64,000 nucleotides of DNA from Gemmatimonadaceae bacterium (lineage in GTDB: Bacteria; Gemmatimonadota; Gemmatimonadetes; Gemmatimonadales; Gemmatimonadaceae). Shown here piece after piece: positions 58,884 to 64,000 of the stretch; the stretch's first letter is position 1, and every line of letters starts with the position of its first letter. A program made the position numbers and the translations under genes. The notes under the pieces are model-generated. The model was not told the DNA's origin. It did not search any database and saw nothing but the letters and a program-made list of their open reading frames with translations. The stretch covers positions 704,001-768,000 of the forward strand of contig JBJMOW010000004.1 in the NCBI GenBank assembly GCA_045803545.1, read 5' to 3'.

Positions 58884-60329
58884 TTATCTCAGTAGCGCTG
58901 GCAGCAGATCCTTTGACATGATCGACATCGCCGGCGACTGGGTGTTGTAGTTGCCGCCAGTCAGCACGACAATGAGGTCGAGGGAGGGAACGAGGTAGAT
59001 CTTCTGACCTCCATTTCCCGTGGCGACGATCATGTCCACACGCCGCGGCCCGCTCGGCGTCGATGCCATCACCCACTGATGCCACCAGAAGTATCCGTAT
59101 TTCTGGTCTCCGACGGTCGACCACTCACCTGTGGACCGTGCAACCCAGTTGCGTGAGATGACCTGTCGGCCTTTCCAGTTACCGTGCTGCTGGAAGAGAA
59201 TTCCGAGCTTGAGCATGTCGCGCGGACGCAGATAGAGCTGCGCGAAGGTCGCCGCGTTCGAGGCAGAGAGCGTGTAGTTCCAACGAACATCAGAGGCGCG
59301 GATGCCGAGCGGAGCGAAAAGATTCTGCTGCGCAAACGCGGGCAGGGGCTCGCCGGTCGCTCGCTCAACGATGCGTCCCGCCACTGCCACGTTACCAGAG
59401 CAATAGCTGCCGTGTGTTCCGGGTTGCGTCGCCATCGGAAGATCGAGCACGAATTTCACCCAGTCTTCCGATTGGTAAACGCGGGATTCGTTGCCCGGCG
59501 ATGCGTCGTTCCAGTCATCGCAGGCGAGGCCGGATTGCATCGTCAGCAGATCGCGAAGCGTCAGCGCATTCTTACGAGGGTCCGGATTCGCGTAACTGGC
59601 GTAAGGGAGGCGCTTCGTTACCAGCTCATTCTCGCTCGTGAGCGCGCCACGATCGATGGCGATCCCGACCAGCGCTGACACCACGCTCTTGGTTGCGGAC
59701 CGCATCTGGTGCGGGCGGTCGCGGTTGTATCCATAGAAATATTCTTCAAAGACCAGCTTTCCAGCGCGATAGACGAGAACGCTATGCACATCTGGATAGC
59801 TGCGATCCACGACGCTCCGCACGATGTGGGCAAGGCCGGCGGTATCGAATCCCGCCTGCCTGGCGTCGCCAACTATGAGGCCGTCGCCGAGGTCGGCGGG
59901 AATCGCGTAGCTATAAATCTTCGGGCGGCCATCGTTGCCGAGCGGCCGCGGTGCCGCGCGTACGTCGGCGGCGACGACCGGATCGATCTTCGATGTTCGA
60001 CGCCGAAAGAACACCGTGCGCTCGACGAAGCCTGAGACTGCTCCGTCGGCTTCGCGCCGAAACGGTATGGTGTCGCCACCCGCGTTCAGAAAGCGGTCAC
60101 CACCGATAGCGCGCAACGGATATTTCGCTTCGTCGATGACAGCAAACAGGTTGGTGTCGGCTGCAACGATCATGAGACTCGTGCGGCCATGATAATCGTA
60201 GACTCCCTCGTAGTCGGTGAGAGAGGCCTTCGGACTTCTGTCGAGTGACGGTTGTGAAATACCGCTGGTGCCCTGAGCGGTCATCGATGATGCAACCGCC
60301 ATGGAAAGCACGAATATCGACCTATGCAC
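58884..60329 (-). CDS. Serine hydrolase, beta-lactamase/AmpC-like family
   Basis: SATKS (SxxK), LLTMQSG, YCS, YGYFWW, ATGNGGQ; start uncertain (GTG 60329). Confidence 0.88.
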   Translation of the reverse strand: MHRSIFVLSMAVASSMTAQGTSGISQPSLDRSPKASLTDYEGVYDYHGRTSLMIVAADTNLFAVIDEAKYPLRAIGGDRFLNAGGDTIPFRREADGAVSGFVERTVFFRRRTSKIDPVVAADVRAAPRPLGNDGRPKIYSYAIPADLGDGLIVGDARQAGFDTAGLAHIVRSVVDRSYPDVHSVLVYRAGKLVFEEYFYGYNRDRPHQMRSATKSVVSALVGIAIDRGALTSENELVTKRLPYASYANPDPRKNALTLRDLLTMQSGLACDDWNDASPGNESRVYQSEDWVKFVLDLPMATQPGTHGSYCSGNVAVAGRIVERATGEPLPAFAQQNLFAPLGIRASDVRWNYTLSASNAATFAQLYLRPRDMLKLGILFQQHGNWKGRQVISRNWVARSTGEWSTVGDQKYGYFWWHQWVMASTPSGPRRVDMIVATGNGGQKIYLVPSLDLIVVLTGGNYNTQSPAMSIMSKDLLPALLR

Positions 60330-60552
60330 CGATGAGTATCGCTCGTGGAGACATCCGGAGAATGTCCCTCGGCGCCGGCTCGCCGTCAACGCCGACAGGC
60401 AGTCGTTCCACGGACGCCGTCGCTCGGCCAGATTAACGCCGCGTCCATCGACGGCCTCCGCACGTCCGGCTCGTTTTGGGAAGTGCTCAGTGGTATGCTT
60501 TGTCGGCTGATTTCCGCAGCGTTGCATCTACCTTCACCAAAGGACAACCAGT

Positions 60553-61062
60553 ATGCTTTCCGGATCTGTGCTTCGCTCAGCGACGACACTACGGCACCTG
60601 GGGATGTTCGCGTTCGTGTCCGTGCTGGCAGCGTGTGCGGCGAAAGCGAAATTCGATCCCGCCGCGGAGTCAGCCAAACTCCTCCGACGCGACGCGGAGT
60701 GGGCTGACCTCGCGTCGGCCGGAAAGAACGTCGACAGCATCGTCTCATACTGGAGTGAGGATGCTGTGGTGCTGGAGCCGGGCCAACCGGCGGTCGAGGG
60801 CAAAGCGGCGATTCGGAAGTACGTCGCCGAGAGTCTCAAGACGCCCGGCTTCAAGATTCACTGGGTGTCCGAGAAGCCAACGTTTTCGCCCGACGGCAAG
60901 TTTGCCTACATGCGCGGCACCGACGAGATGACAGTGCCGGGGCCTCAGGGTAAGCCGATCACGCTTCACCTTCGTGGCTACTCTATCTGGCGCCTCGAGC
61001 CGGATGGCCAATGGCGTTGTGTGGTGGACATCGCCAATGAGGCGCCGGCGCCAGCCGCCTGA
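60553..61062 (+). CDS. NTF2-like (YybH/DUF4440) lipoprotein
   Basis: Lipobox LAAC; YWSEDA, G..AIR, IWR.EPDG.W.CVVD. Confidence 0.8.
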   Translation: MLSGSVLRSATTLRHLGMFAFVSVLAACAAKAKFDPAAESAKLLRRDAEWADLASAGKNVDSIVSYWSEDAVVLEPGQPAVEGKAAIRKYVAESLKTPGFKIHWVSEKPTFSPDGKFAYMRGTDEMTVPGPQGKPITLHLRGYSIWRLEPDGQWRCVVDIANEAPAPAA

Positions 61063-61116
61063 GATTGCCAGCGCGTGTCCTGCGCGCCGATGACGACTGT
61101 GAAAGACGTTAGGCGC

Positions 61117-62148
61117 TCATCGAGCGATGAACGCGCGAGTGGCAACGGCGACCCGCCTCTGCTCGCAAAAGATCATGATGTGACCGCACCTGCTGGCGAT
61201 CGACAAGGTGTCCGCGCGCACCAATTTCGCGAACTCAGCCATCGCGTCGGGCGTTACCATATGGTCGTCCCAGGAATAGACAGCGAGCATTGGCGCCCGC
61301 ACTCTCGCCGCTGCTCGCCGGATGTCTCCGTAATCGCCGGCAAGGTCATACCGCCTTAGGGCGGCAATCTGTGCAGCATAGTCGTCCAGGTCCCACGTCT
61401 GGTAGTTGCTTGCGTTCCCTGCGATGTCATGTGCAACGCTGTCCGTACCCCGCGCGTCGAGCCCGAGTGGCGTCACGATGAACAGCATTTCAGTGCGAGC
61501 GAGTCGCGGCCACAGGGAGTCGGGAGGTATGCGAGCTCGTCGCCCATCAGCGATTTGCTCGAGCATCGCGGTCAGGGCTAACCGATTGAAGGTCCCAACG
61601 CGCGGCGTTCCGGCGATCGGTATCGTCTTGTCGATGAATGTGGGATATCGAACCGCCCATTCGATAGCTTGCATTCCGCCCATCGAAAACCCAATGACGG
61701 CTCGCAGATGACGGATACCGAGCCTCTCCGTCAGCATACGATACTGCGCCTCAACCATATCACCGATTGTGAGATCGTCGAACGCCGAGCGGGCGGTAGG
61801 AGCGGTGTTCGATGGCGATGAGGAGCGTCCGTCCGCGAGTGCGTCCACTACCATTACATAGAAGCGCGTCGTGTCGACGAGTGCGTCCGTGGTGAGAAAT
61901 GAGTGCCAATCTTCCGAGCGGCCGAGCAGCCAGGTCGGAATAAGCACGACGTTATCCCGCGCCGCATTCAATTTTCCGTAAGCGCGATACGCGACGCGGC
62001 AATCTGGTACGACTGCGCCGCTACTAAAGCGACAGTCGCCGACGGATACAACGGTGACGGCCGGGACCTGCGCTCGGACTGTCCACGGCACGAACGCGCT
62101 CGCGAGCGGAGCGACGAAGCCAGCGAGCACCGCGATTCGTTTGCACAT
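61117..62148 (-). CDS. Homoserine-O-acetyltransferase-like alpha/beta hydrolase with signal peptide
   Basis: AY..YGKLN..RDN, SSPSN, TIGDMV, GFSMGGMQ, D..V, GH. Confidence 0.8.
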   Translation of the reverse strand: MCKRIAVLAGFVAPLASAFVPWTVRAQVPAVTVVSVGDCRFSSGAVVPDCRVAYRAYGKLNAARDNVVLIPTWLLGRSEDWHSFLTTDALVDTTRFYVMVVDALADGRSSSPSNTAPTARSAFDDLTIGDMVEAQYRMLTERLGIRHLRAVIGFSMGGMQAIEWAVRYPTFIDKTIPIAGTPRVGTFNRLALTAMLEQIADGRRARIPPDSLWPRLARTEMLFIVTPLGLDARGTDSVAHDIAGNASNYQTWDLDDYAAQIAALRRYDLAGDYGDIRRAAARVRAPMLAVYSWDDHMVTPDAMAEFAKLVRADTLSIASRCGHIMIFCEQRRVAVATRAFIAR

Positions 62149-62374
62149 AGCAGGTAACTTCGGCGACCGGACCTTCAGTAACTACTACCTGCTATCGCGC
62201 CGCGCCAGACCAGTGGGCTAATTCTGCCCGTAGGCCAGAGCACGAATGGGGACCCGCTCGACGTTAATTCACTTCCAGCAGTGCCACCATTCCCAGCGTC
62301 CAAGATGTAGGGTGTTGCCGTTCGCCGTCGGAGACGTCCTCCCTTCGACGTTTCCTCTAGTCAGCAAGGATCTC

Positions 62375-62998
62375 ATGGGCGCGACGACCTCCTCTCTTAG
62401 CTCCACTGATTCACCCCGCACGATAGAGAGGTACCTCCGCCTCGCTTTCACCGCGCTTCTCGCGTTGCTCTCATGGCACGCGTTTCACGACCCCTACGGC
62501 AACGTACCGATCGTGACCGACGTCAGCACCGCCATCCACGAGTTCGGGCACATGCTGTTCATGCCCTTCGGCATCCCGATACTCGGCGGGACGATGGTGA
62601 TACTCGGCGGATCGCTCACCGAAGTCGCGTTTCCACTGCTGTTCGTCGGATACTTTCTGCGCAAGCGCGAGGACGGCCGGCGGCGCGACGTGTTCGCGGC
62701 GATGGTGTGTCTCTGGTGGTCTGGGATCGGCCTGCTCGCCACCGCGATCTACTGCGCCGACTCACGCGCCGGCAAGCTCATGCTCCTCGACGGACTGACA
62801 GGGCAGGAGAGCGACGGACATGACTGGTACAATCTTCTCACCATCTGGGGGAAGCTCGAGCAGGACACGGTGATCGCCCGTTGGATGCGAATGATCGCGT
62901 GGCTGATGTGCGTTGGCAGCATCATCATCGCAGTGTGGAGCGCGCTACAACACCCGCGCGAAGCTCAGATAGTCGTGGACCGAACGCACACCACCTGA
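62375..62998 (+). CDS. Membrane protein with HExxH motif (M50B-like peptidase)
   Basis: AIHEFGH...GGSL...HDW; multiple TMs; AAGGA SD. Confidence 0.68.
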   Translation: MGATTSSLSSTDSPRTIERYLRLAFTALLALLSWHAFHDPYGNVPIVTDVSTAIHEFGHMLFMPFGIPILGGTMVILGGSLTEVAFPLLFVGYFLRKREDGRRRDVFAAMVCLWWSGIGLLATAIYCADSRAGKLMLLDGLTGQESDGHDWYNLLTIWGKLEQDTVIARWMRMIAWLMCVGSIIIAVWSALQHPREAQIVVDRTHTT

Positions 62999-63130
62999 AC
63001 CTCGCCGACCGCACCCGCGACTCGTTTCCTCGTAAACGCGATGTGACTGGCGTGTAAATTCGCGCGCTACGTCCAGCCACAACCCGACTTTCAGCGTAGT
63101 GCAGCTGTCCTAACTGCAACGGAGGCTGCG

Positions 63131-64000
63131 TTGTTGCTGCGTCGACTGTATCAGATCCAACTACTGGGATTCGCTTTCACCCTGAACTGCCTCGCGGCCG
63201 CCGAGGTGGATGTTCCGCGGTCGATACCGATTGCAAATGTCCGCTACGATGTGACCGTTGATTCGGCCGGCGCCACAATGGACAAGCTCAAAGTGGAAAT
63301 GAGCTTCTCGGTGACAAGGCCTGGGGATGTTTTGCTGGCGCTCCCGGCGTGGGCTCCCGGCGACTACAGTCTGAAATGGTTCGCGCGTCGCGTGTCGGAG
63401 TTCACCGCGAACCAGGATGGGAAGCCGCTCGAGTGGAACAAGGCCGATCCGCAAACGTGGCGCGTCGCAGTGCCTGCGGCGGGCCGCGTTCGGGTGGCCT
63501 TTCGATATCTCGGGGATTCAATCGAGTTGGGCGCCCAGTACACGCATTCACCCGAGTTCGCGACGCTTGACTGCGTTGGATTCTGTCTCTATCCAGTCGG
63601 CCAGGGCTTCCGCTGGCCAGCGACGATCGTCCTTCACGTCGATTCAACCGCGCGTGTTCTGACCGGGCTGAGTCGCACTGCCAATCACAACAGCTGGTCG
63701 GCAGCAACATATCATGAGCTGGTCGACGCTCCGTTCTTCGTCGGCAAGTTCGACATCGACAGCGTGAAGGTGTCGAAGGTGTGGGTGCGGCTCGGGAGCT
63801 CTCCCCGAGGTTCCGCCAGCCCTGAGAGTCGCGCGAGGACACTCGATCTCTTCTCTCGACTACTTCCGGTCGAGGCCGCCGTGTTCGGCGAGACGCCGCT
63901 CGATGACTACGTCGTTCTGCAGAGAATGGATCCGAGCGGCGACAACCGGGGCGGGCTCGAGCACGCGAACTCACAACTGGTCGATCTCCCCGAGGGAAAG
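63131..64000 (+). CDS. M61 glycyl aminopeptidase family protein, 5' part (runs off window)
   Basis: GGAGG SD + TTG; LPAWAPGDY, YHELVDAP and GGLEH motifs by hand translation. Confidence 0.82.
   Translation, partial: MLLRRLYQIQLLGFAFTLNCLAAAEVDVPRSIPIANVRYDVTVDSAGATMDKLKVEMSFSVTRPGDVLLALPAWAPGDYSLKWFARRVSEFTANQDGKPLEWNKADPQTWRVAVPAAGRVRVAFRYLGDSIELGAQYTHSPEFATLDCVGFCLYPVGQGFRWPATIVLHVDSTARVLTGLSRTANHNSWSAATYHELVDAPFFVGKFDIDSVKVSKVWVRLGSSPRGSASPESRARTLDLFSRLLPVEAAVFGETPLDDYVVLQRMDPSGDNRGGLEHANSQLVDLPEGK

Noticed and set aside
58884..60329. Beta-lactam resistance link between this serine hydrolase and the BlaI/M56 operon
   Set aside because: They are about 50 kb apart, I noticed no TACA-N2-TGTA box upstream, and the family is mostly esterases and peptidases.
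1..64000. Prophage, integrative element or anti-phage defence island
   Set aside because: No integrase, transposase, phage structural, nuclease or reverse transcriptase motifs were recognised in any ORF.

Overview
GC-rich bacterial chromosomal window. The gene style (Ser/Thr kinase-ECF pair, PD40 lipoproteins, class III pilin, many TonB-dependent receptors and secreted hydrolases) suggests Gemmatimonadota; this is inference only. There are about 52 CDS, dominated by exported hydrolases (amidase, S41, penicillin acylase, amidohydrolases, GH20, esterases, M30/M61-like peptidases). Also present are two TonB-dependent receptors, a BlaI / M56-HEAT / HEAT operon, a TetR-regulated RND efflux operon, an ECF sigma + Ser/Thr kinase pair and a frameshifted MBL-fold gene. 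I found no rRNA, tRNA, CRISPR, integrase or transposase. The strongest signal is missing from the ORF track: a probably leaderless 32-codon peptide with 11 Cys (40231-40329), followed by mutually exclusive antiterminator/terminator hairpins, directly upstream of a clade-D-like beta-carbonic anhydrase. It looks like a cysteine-sensing transcription attenuator, possibly controlling COS sulfur scavenging. Other points of note are a CxxC/RAPP (DUF2946-like) leader before a TonB receptor, heptamer repeat arrays in inverted pairs (two of them in frame inside protein linkers), clear operator sites for BlaI, TetR and HxlR-type regulators, and an in-frame amber codon splitting an excalibur-domain gene. 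All product calls come from motif recognition, not database searches.
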